Shown here: positions 20,360 through 31,925 of the stretch, piece after piece
Numbering within the stretch: the first letter of the stretch is position 1
Layout: each line of letters starts with the position of its first letter
Source: Gammaproteobacteria bacterium
GTDB taxonomy: Bacteria > Pseudomonadota > Gammaproteobacteria > UBA4575
DNA length: 64,000 nucleotides
NCBI GenBank assembly: GCA_965243395.1
Contig: CBDEUS010000001.1
Span: 160,001 to 224,000, forward strand
Reading direction: 5' to 3'
Program-made: the position numbers and the translations under genes
Notes under the pieces: generated by a model
What the model was told of the DNA's origin: nothing
Database searches by the model: none
Seen by the model: the letters and a program-made list of their open reading frames with translations, nothing else

Positions 20360-21745
20360 AAAATAATCATTGCGGTCGAAGCTGGAATCTAATGAATCAA
20401 GTTTCTCAGGGTGATTAATTAAATCCTCAATAAACCAGTTTGCATGATTATATAAACACGTAACATCTTTACATTCCTGGGTAGCATCAAAAGCTTCAAT
20501 CAATCGCAAGGTATTTTTTTGCGTTTCAATGACACCGTCTTGAGTATCATAAGCATGTTTTTCGCCCAATAGTGCTTGGGGTACATGACGGTAAACCGGA
20601 CAGTTAAAAATACCGAGCGGGCTTAATACTTGTCTGAAGTATTGCATATGGCAGTTATGTGGCTGATCGGTGTAATTCATGTAGGTGCCATTTTCTAATA
20701 CACGTAAATTAGTACTTTCAATCACTTTGAAATCATCATCATCTAACTTTTTTGACTCATTGATTGAATCACGAATTTTTTTCATTATTGATTCAACATA
20801 TTCACGCTCTTTATCGATACCGATTATTTCAGCGTTGTTAATTTCAGCACGTGTCAGAAATGGCTTAAATGAAATGTAATTAAATTGATGATCTTTAGCT
20901 AATTGAGCCGCAGTCACAATTTCGTCTACATTTTCAATGATTTTTGTATCATTGGTTTCGCAATCTTTCCATACAATTATAAAACTAAAACCAATCTGAA
21001 ATTTAGGATTTATTTTTTTAATGTTTGGGATATGGCTGCAAATCCATTCAAGCGTACATTTTTTACTTCCGGGTTTATGCATAGCACGGAAGGTTTCATT
21101 AGTGCCAGAATCAAGTGAGAGTCTTACCCAGTCTCGTTCCTCTAACACATCTGCGACAGCTTCAATTTTTTTCAACATGCTGCCGTTGGTTACCACACCA
21201 ATTTGAATATTCATGGACTTTAGATGTCGAACAATATCTTCAAAGCCTTTATATGCAGTAGGCTCACCACCACCAATAATGATCACTGAACGTAAACCTT
21301 TTTCAGCAAGATAGGTTAGTGAGTCTTTAAGTTTTTCATGTTCGTAGTTGATATTCTTGTTAAGAATATCCATGTCTACACAATGATCGCAGCGATAATT
21401 GCACGCAGTAGTAACGTCTAAATTAATCGAAATAGGCGCACTGATAGGTGCATTTTTTAATGCTTCTTCCAGCGTCAAAGAACCGTTGGCATAGCCATTG
21501 CGCCATTCAATTTGCCATCTAACATATTCTTTTAATTTATTCAGTACATCCGGTTGACGTAATTTACCCATAAAGTCATGTATGGGTGACAGCTCAGTTT
21601 GTTTTTCTACTTCACGTGTTGTCGCTTTAACGTGTAAAGGCGTGACTTCACTAACAGGTTCAGATTCAATCTTAAGGTGGGTGAAATCAATTAAAGGTGA
21701 CAGAGTCATTAACACCTCGCCACTTTCACTATGTATTTTTTCCAT
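20354..21745 (-). CDS. Radical SAM enzyme with C-terminal SPASM/twitch-like Cys cluster, function unknown
   Basis: CNYRCDHC (CX3CX2C), GGGEP, VTNGS, VRLSLD; four further Cys in the C-terminal domain. Confidence 0.85.
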   Translation of the reverse strand: MEKIHSESGEVLMTLSPLIDFTHLKIESEPVSEVTPLHVKATTREVEKQTELSPIHDFMGKLRQPDVLNKLKEYVRWQIEWRNGYANGSLTLEEALKNAPISAPISINLDVTTACNYRCDHCVDMDILNKNINYEHEKLKDSLTYLAEKGLRSVIIIGGGEPTAYKGFEDIVRHLKSMNIQIGVVTNGSMLKKIEAVADVLEERDWVRLSLDSGTNETFRAMHKPGSKKCTLEWICSHIPNIKKINPKFQIGFSFIIVWKDCETNDTKIIENVDEIVTAAQLAKDHQFNYISFKPFLTRAEINNAEIIGIDKEREYVESIMKKIRDSINESKKLDDDDFKVIESTNLRVLENGTYMNYTDQPHNCHMQYFRQVLSPLGIFNCPVYRHVPQALLGEKHAYDTQDGVIETQKNTLRLIEAFDATQECKDVTCLYNHANWFIEDLINHPEKLDSLDSSFDRNDYFL

Positions 21746-21762
21746 TGCTGCTATTTTTAATA

Positions 21763-22728
21763 TTACGTTTGGGTTACTGCTTGGTATATTTGTGCAAGAT
21801 GCGTCATTCCATCAATCAATGCAACTTCATCTGAAGAGGCTTTAGAGTGGATAGTACTAATAAAGTTCTTGATAGAACACTCAAGTGGATCTACCACTGA
21901 TATTTGGTCATCTGTTGTGCGTAATGATATCAGGTAATCAGGCAGTTCGACATGACGGTCTACCCGTAAACCATTAACCGCATAGGCTGCGGGTTTCGGG
22001 AAAACGTCACTGGCCACTAATGAGATACTAACTCGAGTATCTCCTAAGGCATGTAAGTAATCGAATTCAATGAGCAGGTCATTGTCGTTCGCGAGTTGAG
22101 CAAAATTGGATTCAATATTATTGATTTTGCCAGCACCTACTAGCGTGTAGAGCATGCTTAAAATGTGTGAGACGGAATCTACAATCATTTTATCGTCTCT
22201 ACTTTGAGGGGCTAACCACATAGAGAAAGTTTCAATATTATTTTGCTTCTTTAATTGCGGGTAAAGCTCGTAATAAGCAGGTAGAGTGTAAGGCCACTGT
22301 GTATTGAGTTGTAATACGCGCTGGTTAACTCTACAGATATTTGCCACATCAATTGCATCAGATGTAATGCAGTCGATATCAGTTTGTGTTTTTAACGGCT
22401 CGTTTGACCACCAAAGTGGCTTTTCACAAAATACGTGGCTACCTTTATTTAGAGACGTGCGTATATAGTGAAGGTGTGAATCAGCAGGACAACTAATTAC
22501 AACGATATCGATCGAATGTTTGTCCAGTAACTCATCAAGTGTTGCATAAGCTTTGCATTCAATTGAATACTCGTTTACTAAATTTTCGGCAGCATGTTGG
22601 GCTGATTCCAGTGTGCTACTCACTATGGCTTGAATATCACATCCTAATTGCTTAAAAATTCTAGCAATGAATGGTCCTGTACCTTGTTTTGAGCGACCCG
22701 GGCCCACGATAGCAACACTTAAAGGCAT
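21763..22728 (-). CDS. Gfo/Idh/MocA family NAD(P)-dependent oxidoreductase
   Basis: N-terminal Rossmann-like VAIVGPG, IDIVVISCP...H, HVFCEKP motif; likely start ATG 22728. Confidence 0.8.
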   Translation of the reverse strand: MPLSVAIVGPGRSKQGTGPFIARIFKQLGCDIQAIVSSTLESAQHAAENLVNEYSIECKAYATLDELLDKHSIDIVVISCPADSHLHYIRTSLNKGSHVFCEKPLWWSNEPLKTQTDIDCITSDAIDVANICRVNQRVLQLNTQWPYTLPAYYELYPQLKKQNNIETFSMWLAPQSRDDKMIVDSVSHILSMLYTLVGAGKINNIESNFAQLANDNDLLIEFDYLHALGDTRVSISLVASDVFPKPAAYAVNGLRVDRHVELPDYLISLRTTDDQISVVDPLECSIKNFISTIHSKASSDEVALIDGMTHLAQIYQAVTQT

Positions 22729-22853
22729 GTAGACAATTCTGTCATGGATAGATGGTAAAAGGCTACGGTGTGTACAGTTAAGTAGCAACTATTTATACAA
22801 TTTTATGGCTTAGAGATTTCAATGCTGCTTTGATTCAACTAAAATTCAATTAC

Positions 22854-22942
22854 TGAGCTAGAGGTGTCCATTGCTTCATGCAATTGGCTGAGAAATACTC
22901 TTAATCACCTGAACCAGGTAATGCTGGCGGAGGGAAGCGCAG
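22854..22942 (+). promoter_or_regulatory. TPP riboswitch
   Basis: GGTG...GGCTGAGA...ACCTGAaCCAGGTAATGCTGGCGgAGGGAA consensus directly upstream of thiC. Confidence 0.93.
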
Positions 22943-23001
22943 CAATATCAAAAGCTACGCGCCCAAGTTAAAAAATGTAAATCAGTAATTTTAAGCTATA
23001 G

Positions 23002-24915
<1,914 letters not shown>

Positions 24916-24939
24916 AAATTTTAAAATAAAGTAGCTCAG

Positions 24940-25041
24940 AATATTAGTTATGGCGATGTAATGTTAGGCAATTTTTTTACAGCGGAGTTTACATGATGGT
25001 AAATGAGCATTTAAAAAATAGTTCAGCACAATATTAGTTAT
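24940..25041. repeat. Palindromic intergenic element bounded by 12-bp direct repeats
   Basis: AATATTAGTTAT at 24940-24951 and 25030-25041; core GCGGAG-TTTAC-atgatg-GTAAA-TGAGCAT flanked by T-run and A-run. Confidence 0.5.
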
Positions 25042-25064
25042 ATTCAAATCTTCAAGCACTCAAT

Positions 25065-25979
25065 ATGGCGGGATCTTCCAAAAAAGTTATTTATGCTGCG
25101 TTAATAGGAAACGGCATAATTGCAGTAATGAAATTTTTTGCTGCAGCTTTCACGGGCAGTTCAGCCATGTTTTCTGAAGGAATTCACTCAGTTGTAGATA
25201 CTGGTAATCAAGTTTTGCTTTTATTTGGGTTAAAGCAAGCAAAAAAACCCGCAGATAAAAGATATCCATATGGCCATGGCAAAGAAATTTATTTCTGGAG
25301 TTTCGTAGTAGCAATTTTAATATTTGCAGTAGGTGCGGGTTTATCAACTTATAAAGGAATTCAACATGTCATTCATCCGCATGTAATCACTGATCCTATA
25401 TGGAACTACATTGTGTTGAGCCTTGCATTAATAGTTGAAGGGTTCGTTTTTTATGTGGCGATTAAAGAATTCAACAAATATAAAGGAGAGAAAAAATACC
25501 TTGAAGCCATTCGCAAAGGGAAGGACCCGGGACTATTCGTAGTATTGCTTGAAGATGCGGCGGCTACATTAGGTTTAATCGTAGCTTTAGTGGGAATTGC
25601 CGTTAGCCAATATACAGGTAATTACGTTTTTGATGGCATTGCATCCATATTGATTGGAATGATACTCGCAGGAATTGCGGTATTACTTGCGTTCGAAACT
25701 AAAGGCCTGTTGATTGGGGAAAGTGCTGAAGAAGTAGTAGTAGAGGGTATTCGTAGAGTCGTGAACAAGTATCGTGGGGTGGAAAAAGTTAACGAAATTT
25801 TAACAATGCACATGGGTCCGGAATACATACTTGTGAATTTAAGTGTGGAATTTAATGATGAAATTCGCACTGAAAAAATGGAAGATGTCGTTACCAAAAT
25901 TGACAAAGAAATCAAACAAAAATTCAAAAATGTAAAACGTATATTTATTGAAGCAGAGTCATGGCGTTTTAGACATTAA
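25065..25979 (+). CDS. Cation diffusion facilitator (CDF) transporter
   Basis: SEGIHSVVD (HxxxD), YPYGHGKE, EDAAA; C-terminal cytoplasmic domain. Confidence 0.88.
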   Translation: MAGSSKKVIYAALIGNGIIAVMKFFAAAFTGSSAMFSEGIHSVVDTGNQVLLLFGLKQAKKPADKRYPYGHGKEIYFWSFVVAILIFAVGAGLSTYKGIQHVIHPHVITDPIWNYIVLSLALIVEGFVFYVAIKEFNKYKGEKKYLEAIRKGKDPGLFVVLLEDAAATLGLIVALVGIAVSQYTGNYVFDGIASILIGMILAGIAVLLAFETKGLLIGESAEEVVVEGIRRVVNKYRGVEKVNEILTMHMGPEYILVNLSVEFNDEIRTEKMEDVVTKIDKEIKQKFKNVKRIFIEAESWRFRH

Positions 25980-26301
25980 TTACGTGATGTCACACATCGC
26001 TAATCATCTTGAACACAAAGATTTTAAAAATATTTCAATTGCCTACTTTAATATTCCAATAGGTTACATTGATAAATCAGCACTATTTATAAAGGTCTCT
26101 AATTATTGTTTATCAATACAGCTATTGTGACTAATTTCAAATTTTATAAAACTACATAACTTAAAATAAAGAAAACTTACCGTTTAGCAGGAAGGACGAT
26201 ACGTACACATGTGTTGTTATACAGAGTTTACTGATTTAGCAGATAAACTCATTTATAGGCAATAACACGAGCGATGCTTGCATCATTATAAGGAGCGTAA
26301 G

Positions 26302-26949
26302 ATGAAGCACCTTAATAAAATTGTTCTCTTATTTATTTTGGTTTCGACAGGGAATGCGGAAGAACTCACTTGTAGTTGGCCTACCGATCAAATACTAAAT
26401 TCAATTGTTGCAATTCAAAGTGGCGAAAAAAGTCATGCGAGTGGTGTTGTAATTTCAAATAATTTAGTGATTACTGCTGCGCATGCACTAGCAGACTATG
26501 AGGATACAGTGGTAGATATTAATAATACGATGTACTTGGCGACCGTATTATTAGTCGATAGGGAATCTGATGTTGCATTGCTTTCTGTACAAACTGAAAA
26601 TTTATATCCCATACCTTTAAGTAGAGACGCATTAAATGAAAGTCAGGACGTATGGGCGGCTGGCTATCCTCGTGCGCAAAATTTACTGACTACTTCAGGT
26701 AGCTTCGTTTCTCAAAGAGCTGAAGCCATACATACCAGCGCAGGTATAGACTCAGGTGCATCTGGTGGGGGTTTGTTGAGTTGTGAAAATGGGGAGTTTG
26801 TATTGGCAGGGATGTTACGTGGTTATGGCGCTTATCGAACCGAGCATGGATTGGTTAGGTTAGATGATTATTCTATTTCTGTAGCGGTAAGTGATATTAA
26901 ATTTACTTTCGATCTCGGCCAAGACATACATAAATTTGTCTCAAACTAG
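26302..26949 (+). CDS. Secreted trypsin-like serine protease (no PDZ)
   Basis: Signal peptide after an AAGGAG RBS; TAAH / SDVALL / GASGG catalytic triad motifs. Confidence 0.8.
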   Translation: MKHLNKIVLLFILVSTGNAEELTCSWPTDQILNSIVAIQSGEKSHASGVVISNNLVITAAHALADYEDTVVDINNTMYLATVLLVDRESDVALLSVQTENLYPIPLSRDALNESQDVWAAGYPRAQNLLTTSGSFVSQRAEAIHTSAGIDSGASGGGLLSCENGEFVLAGMLRGYGAYRTEHGLVRLDDYSISVAVSDIKFTFDLGQDIHKFVSN

Positions 26950-26967
26950 TTTATATAAATTTAAACG

Positions 26968-27001
26968 GCTAAAATACTGACTTCCAAGTCAGTGTTTTAG
27001 C
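26968..27001 (+). terminator. 15-bp hairpin, probable terminator or processing stem
   Basis: GCTAAAATACTGACT-tcca-AGTCAGTGTTTTAGC (one G-U pair). Confidence 0.55.
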
Positions 27002-27002
27002 A

Positions 27003-27524
27003 ATGCCTTATTCTTATTACCGACGTCTTCCAGCAAAAGACAAAAAAATATATCGTGCCAGCGATAAGATATCTAACGTACCTCTTAAAGACTCTAATAA
27101 GCTATTACCTTATGTGTTGGATGTGCAATCTGCGCTTAAAACTAAAGAAAAAACAAATGTATTGCGAGCAAGCCAGACGCTAACAAACCAACTAACGCTA
27201 CAATTAGAAATTCCTCCAATCAAAATAAAGGTTCTCACCAGCAGACCGCATAATAATTACGGAGAATTACATGGTTTATATGAACCTATTTCGTCTAAGA
27301 GGAAAGTCGCTGAGATTTCAGTATGGATGCTCACCGCAAAACGCAAACAAGTCGTAGCATTTAAAACCTATATGCGTACCTTGTTTCATGAATTTTGCCA
27401 TCATTTGGATTATGAACTCTACAGACTGGAAGATTCCTATCATACTGAAGGTTTTTTTAAACGAGAGTCGAGTTTATATAAGCAACTGGTAAGTACAGGT
27501 ATGCGCGAATATGAAATTAATTAG
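27003..27524 (+). CDS. Basic hypothetical protein with zincin motif (SprT/WLM-like)
   Basis: TLFHEFCHHLD...YHTEGFF; Lys/Arg rich. Confidence 0.65.
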   Translation: MPYSYYRRLPAKDKKIYRASDKISNVPLKDSNKLLPYVLDVQSALKTKEKTNVLRASQTLTNQLTLQLEIPPIKIKVLTSRPHNNYGELHGLYEPISSKRKVAEISVWMLTAKRKQVVAFKTYMRTLFHEFCHHLDYELYRLEDSYHTEGFFKRESSLYKQLVSTGMREYEIN

Positions 27525-27544
27525 GGATGATGTAAATTTAAAGT

Positions 27545-28180
27545 ATGTTATTCACTGATAAAAAAACACTTATGCCTTCGAAACAGGACGCCTTGCCGGG
27601 TCGGGCAGAAAAAATGCAAGTTTCAATGCAGCACTATGTAAACAAAAACACCATTGTTCCTCCATTCCCTGAGGGTTTAGAAATGGCAATGTTCGGCTTG
27701 GGTTGTTTTTGGGGAGCCGAACGAATATTTTGGCAACTTCAAGGTGTTTATTCTACTGCTGTTGGTTACGCTGGAGGGTTTACACCAAACGCTACATATG
27801 AAGAAGTGTGTACAGGGCAAACAGGCCACAATGAGATGGTGCGTGTGATTTTTGATCCTGATATCGTCAATTATGAGGCATTATTAAAAGTCTTTTGGGA
27901 ATCTCACAACCCCACACAAGGAATGCGACAAGGAAATGATATAGGCACACAATATCGTTCCGGTATTTATGCTTATAGTGAAGAGCATAAAAATTTAGCA
28001 CTACAGTCAAAAAATAATTATCAAGTTGCATTAAATAAACAAGGCTATGGCGAGATTACTACTGAGATTATGGATGCGCCTGAGTTTTATTATGCAGAGG
28101 ATTATCATCAACAATATTTAGCTAAGAATCCAGGTGGTTATTGTGGTTTGGGTGGTACCGGTGTTTCTCTCGCAAGTTGA
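27545..28180 (+). CDS. msrA: Peptide methionine sulfoxide reductase A
   Basis: [23 protein letters not shown] motifs. Confidence 0.96.
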   Translation: MLFTDKKTLMPSKQDALPGRAEKMQVSMQHYVNKNTIVPPFPEGLEMAMFGLGCFWGAERIFWQLQGVYSTAVGYAGGFTPNATYEEVCTGQTGHNEMVRVIFDPDIVNYEALLKVFWESHNPTQGMRQGNDIGTQYRSGIYAYSEEHKNLALQSKNNYQVALNKQGYGEITTEIMDAPEFYYAEDYHQQYLAKNPGGYCGLGGTGVSLAS

Positions 28181-28190
28181 GTAAATTATT

Positions 28191-28838
28191 ATGAGCCAAG
28201 ATGTTAATGTGCAAGATTTACGACAAAGTTATATGTCGTCAACACTTGTAAAAAATAAAGTTAATAAAGATCCTTTCAAGCAATTTCAAACCTGGTTTGA
28301 TGAAGCTATGAAAGCAGATTTCATCGAACCTAATGCAATGAACATTGCTACTGTAAACGCAAATGGTGATATTTCATCACGGATGGTACTTCTAAAAGGG
28401 TTTGATGAAGATGGTTTTGTGTTTTTCACAAACTATGAAAGTAACAAAGCCTCAGATATTGCCAGTACTCAACAAGCGGCTCTAACATTTTGGTGGGATA
28501 AGCTTCATCGACAAATTCGCATAAGAGGCTCTGTTGAAAAAGTAACTAGAAAAGAGTCTGAGGATTATTTTCATTCGCGTCCTCGCGGTAGCCAAATTGG
28601 CGCAGTCGCTTCCAAGCAGAGTGAAGTTATTCAAGATTATGCTTATTTGGAAAATGAATATAAGACAATTGAGGATCAATACCAAAATCAGGAAATCCCT
28701 TGTCCGCAACATTGGGGTGGTTATCGCGTGATACCTGTTGAATTTGAATTTTGGCAGGGTCGTCCGAATCGTTTACACGATCGAATGCGTTACTCAAAAA
28801 TGGATGTAGGTTGGAAAATTGAAAGGCTTTCGCCTTAA
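28191..28838 (+). CDS. pdxH: Pyridoxamine 5'-phosphate oxidase
   Basis: RMVLLKG, FFTNYESNK, SRPRGSQIGA, EFWQGRPNRLHDR motifs. Confidence 0.96.
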   Translation: MSQDVNVQDLRQSYMSSTLVKNKVNKDPFKQFQTWFDEAMKADFIEPNAMNIATVNANGDISSRMVLLKGFDEDGFVFFTNYESNKASDIASTQQAALTFWWDKLHRQIRIRGSVEKVTRKESEDYFHSRPRGSQIGAVASKQSEVIQDYAYLENEYKTIEDQYQNQEIPCPQHWGGYRVIPVEFEFWQGRPNRLHDRMRYSKMDVGWKIERLSP

Positions 28839-28845
28839 ATTTAAA

Positions 28846-29064
28846 TTATTCGTAGATGATATGCCACTCTGGTGCGGGCTTCACTTTTTCTGGCCAAAAA
28901 GTTTTCTCAGCATTTTCTGCATTTAGTTCAGCACATTTTTGGCGAGCTTCACCATAGGTCATGGTGTCGTCTGTCAACTTTCCTGTTTCAAAATCATATT
29001 TTAATTTCCATGCGATAATATAACCTGCGTCATCATCACGTCTAATTAGGTTTTCTTCCACCAT
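28846..29064 (-). CDS. Small hypothetical protein (72 aa)
   Basis: Fills the gap between pdxH and ptrB without overlap; GCGGGA RBS-like sequence; protein-like composition. Confidence 0.6.
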   Translation of the reverse strand: MVEENLIRRDDDAGYIIAWKLKYDFETGKLTDDTMTYGEARQKCAELNAENAEKTFWPEKVKPAPEWHIIYE

Positions 29065-29135
29065 TTAATATCCCGCTATTGTTATGAGTGAGGCTGTGCT
29101 CGTTTAATGTTTTTGTAAAGATACTATAAATTCTT

Positions 29136-31250
29136 TTAGCTTGCCATGCTAAAAATTTTAAGAATAAATGCGTACATTAAAGCAACTTCTTTCAAGTAGT
29201 CAAAGCGGCCTGATGCTCCTGCATGTCCTGCTCCCATATTCATTTTTAATAACAACAAATTTTTGTCAGTTTTAAGTTCGCGAAGCTTTGCCACCCATTT
29301 TGCCGGTTCCCAATAGGTTACACGTGGGTCTGTTAGTCCTGCAGTAACTAAAATATTTGGATAGGACTGCTTTGAAACATTATCGTAGGGAGAATATTGA
29401 GAAATATTATTATAGTCAGATTTATTCTCTATAGGATTGCCCCATTCAGGCCACTCTGGGGGTGTAAGCGGAAGGCTGTCATCACTCATCGTATTGAGTA
29501 CATCAACAAAAGGAACATCAGCAATGGCCGCATGGAATAGATTAGATTGCATATTTAATACTGCACCTACTAACATACCACCTGCTGATCCTCCATGAAC
29601 GACAATTTTTCCTGATTGAGTATAGTTTTGTTCAATTAAATAATTTGCACAGGCAATATAGTCACTAAAGGTGTTTGTTTTTTTATCTAATTTTCCATTC
29701 TTATACCATGCATATCCTTTTTCCATGCCACCGCGAACATGAGCTATAGCGAAAATAAACCCGCGGTTCACTAAACTAAATCGATTTGTTGCAAAACTGG
29801 CTGGCATGGTACTGCCATATGAACCATAGGCATATAGTAATAATGGTGCAGAGCCATCCAAAGGAGTTGTATTTTTATAAAGTAATGAGATAGGCACTTC
29901 TTGGTTATCTTGCGTAGTTGCGAACAATCTGCGTGTAACAAAATTATTTGGGTCATGTCCACTGGGTACTTCTTGTTGTTTTTTTAGTACACGTGTTCGT
30001 GTTGACATCTCATAGTCGAAAATTTGAGTAGGCGTAGTCATCGAAGTGTAAGAAAATCGTACTTGGTCTGTGTCGTACTCATATCCAGGAATAATGTTTA
30101 ATTCATATGCTTCTTCTTTAAATTCGATGTGGTGCTCATCATCTAGTTGATCACCTTGAAAGGCTACTATGGAAATTCTTGGCAAGCCATTGATGCGTTC
30201 TGATCTCACCAAAAACTCTTTAAAAATATAAATACTTCTTAATAATGTGCCGCTCTCGGGCACATAAATATCTTTCCAGTGCTCTTGATTAGTGTGTTGT
30301 AAATCTGTCTGCATAATTTTGTAATCTTCAGCTCCATCTTTATTCGTAACAATAAAAAAATAGTCGCCGTGATCTGAAATTTCATATTCAACTCCGGGCT
30401 GTCTTTTGGAAAAGCATGTTGCAGTTTGTTCAGGCTTGTCAGCATTAATGAAATGAATTTCAGTAGTTATATGGTCATGTGCAGAAATTAAAATATAATT
30501 ATTAGACTCTGTAATATCGAGCGAAACAAAAAATCCAGGATCTTTTTCTTGGTAGACTATTCCATCATCGCTAATGTCACCGCCTAATTTATGGCGTAAA
30601 ACTTTATCTGGACGATGATTTTCATCTAGTGTGGTGTAAAAAAGTGTTTGGTTATCATTGGCCCAAACAAAAGTACTTTGAATATTACTTATTTGATCTT
30701 TAAATAAATTCCCGCTAGATAAATCGATAATATATAAAGTGTAAAATTCAGAGCCCTTGGTATCTGCGCTGTAAGCGAAGTATTGATGATCAGGGCTATG
30801 TCCTGCATCACCGATGTCAAAGTATTCATGTTCTTTGGCGGCATCATTTGCATTAAATAAAATTTCTTCTTGTTCAGATGTATTTTTATGATAACGACAG
30901 TAAATCGGATACTGTTGATTTTCTTCATAGCGTTCATAGTAAAAATAGTCGCCATCTTTTTCTGGCACACTGCTGTCGTCTTCTTTAATTCGTGCGCGTA
31001 GTTCTTTAAATAACTTATCCTGAAGAGCTTCTGTATCCAACATACAAGCATCTAGATATTTATTTTCTGCTTCAAGATATTCTCTAATTTTTGGCGATAA
31101 CACCTCGGGTGATTGAATCACTTGTTGCCAATTTTCATCTTTCAACCAAGCATAATTATCCACTCGCCTTTCTCCATGCTGATTGATTTCAGATGGTTTT
31201 TTTTCTGCAATAGGAGCCACGCAATGCGTAAGCGTAGTACTGGAGCTCAT
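29136..31250 (-). CDS. ptrB: Oligopeptidase B (S9A)
   Basis: DNYAWL, GGSAGG nucleophile elbow, DPRVTYWEPAKW, GAGH motifs. Confidence 0.93.
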   Translation of the reverse strand: MSSSTTLTHCVAPIAEKKPSEINQHGERRVDNYAWLKDENWQQVIQSPEVLSPKIREYLEAENKYLDACMLDTEALQDKLFKELRARIKEDDSSVPEKDGDYFYYERYEENQQYPIYCRYHKNTSEQEEILFNANDAAKEHEYFDIGDAGHSPDHQYFAYSADTKGSEFYTLYIIDLSSGNLFKDQISNIQSTFVWANDNQTLFYTTLDENHRPDKVLRHKLGGDISDDGIVYQEKDPGFFVSLDITESNNYILISAHDHITTEIHFINADKPEQTATCFSKRQPGVEYEISDHGDYFFIVTNKDGAEDYKIMQTDLQHTNQEHWKDIYVPESGTLLRSIYIFKEFLVRSERINGLPRISIVAFQGDQLDDEHHIEFKEEAYELNIIPGYEYDTDQVRFSYTSMTTPTQIFDYEMSTRTRVLKKQQEVPSGHDPNNFVTRRLFATTQDNQEVPISLLYKNTTPLDGSAPLLLYAYGSYGSTMPASFATNRFSLVNRGFIFAIAHVRGGMEKGYAWYKNGKLDKKTNTFSDYIACANYLIEQNYTQSGKIVVHGGSAGGMLVGAVLNMQSNLFHAAIADVPFVDVLNTMSDDSLPLTPPEWPEWGNPIENKSDYNNISQYSPYDNVSKQSYPNILVTAGLTDPRVTYWEPAKWVAKLRELKTDKNLLLLKMNMGAGHAGASGRFDYLKEVALMYAFILKIFSMAS

Positions 31251-31256
31251 TGGTTA

Positions 31257-31616
31257 TTATTTTTTATTTGCGTTTAAAGAAACTTGCCACTGTGTTCGAA
31301 TAACATTGTTTCTAGGATTCATGCCCTTAGGGCCACTGTGACTAATAGTTAAAGACTGTGGGCCTAAAATTTGCTGATAATACTGGACAACTGCTTTAGA
31401 AAAATCTTCGCAATGAAAGGGTAAGTCATAACGAACTTCATAAGTTGGAATACCATCTCCATCATCCACTGGCCAAAGATCTGCTAATAAGTGAGAATGA
31501 AATTCGCCTTCAAAATCGACATCAAATAGTACTTTGGAAATTTGTTTGCCGGTACCTTCATTCGCTTCTATTTGATCCGGAAATAGACCGTGAAAAAAAA
31601 AGTTTGCAGTTGCCAC
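31257..31616 (-). CDS. Hypothetical protein, upstream of ptrB
   Basis: 3' part of the 158-aa ORF; GTG at 31616 avoids overlap with the opposite-strand gene; ends 6 bp before ptrB. Confidence 0.5.
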   Translation of the reverse strand: MATANFFFHGLFPDQIEANEGTGKQISKVLFDVDFEGEFHSHLLADLWPVDDGDGIPTYEVRYDLPFHCEDFSKAVVQYYQQILGPQSLTISHSGPKGMNPRNNVIRTQWQVSLNANKK

Positions 31617-31642
31617 AATAATACTTGAGTTATAATTCGTAT

Positions 31643-31867
31643 ATGAAGTATAGATTAGAAACCGAAACATCAACATTTGAAATAGTACAAGAACCACTAG
31701 GTTTATGGGATCTATGGGTGGACAATTTACCAACCTTAACTTTTCCTACACCTGAGGAAGCTGCAATAGCCGTATTTGAGCAGCACACTGGCTATACAAT
31801 TTGGGATCAACTAGAAAAACATACAGCCCCACAAGATTTAAGTGATTGGGAAGTCATTGATTCTTAG
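31643..31867 (+). CDS. Small acidic Trp-rich hypothetical protein
   Basis: MKYRLETE...WDLWVD...FPTPEEAA...HTGYTIWD...DLSDW; protein-like pattern. Confidence 0.6.
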   Translation: MKYRLETETSTFEIVQEPLGLWDLWVDNLPTLTFPTPEEAAIAVFEQHTGYTIWDQLEKHTAPQDLSDWEVIDS

Positions 31868-31925
31868 AGCTGCATGAAAAACACTAGATGACAGAACCTA
31901 TAATAAGGGCTACAGTCAAAAGTGT

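Noticed and set aside
25948-26130. 60-aa ORF after the CDF transporter
   Set aside because: TTG start overlapping the CDF gene, with no RBS or motif; more likely promoter DNA.
31593-31601. A9 homopolymer near the 5' end of the 31257-31616 ORF as a phase-variation tract
   Set aside because: It is in frame (Phe codons), and such runs are expected in an AT-rich genome.
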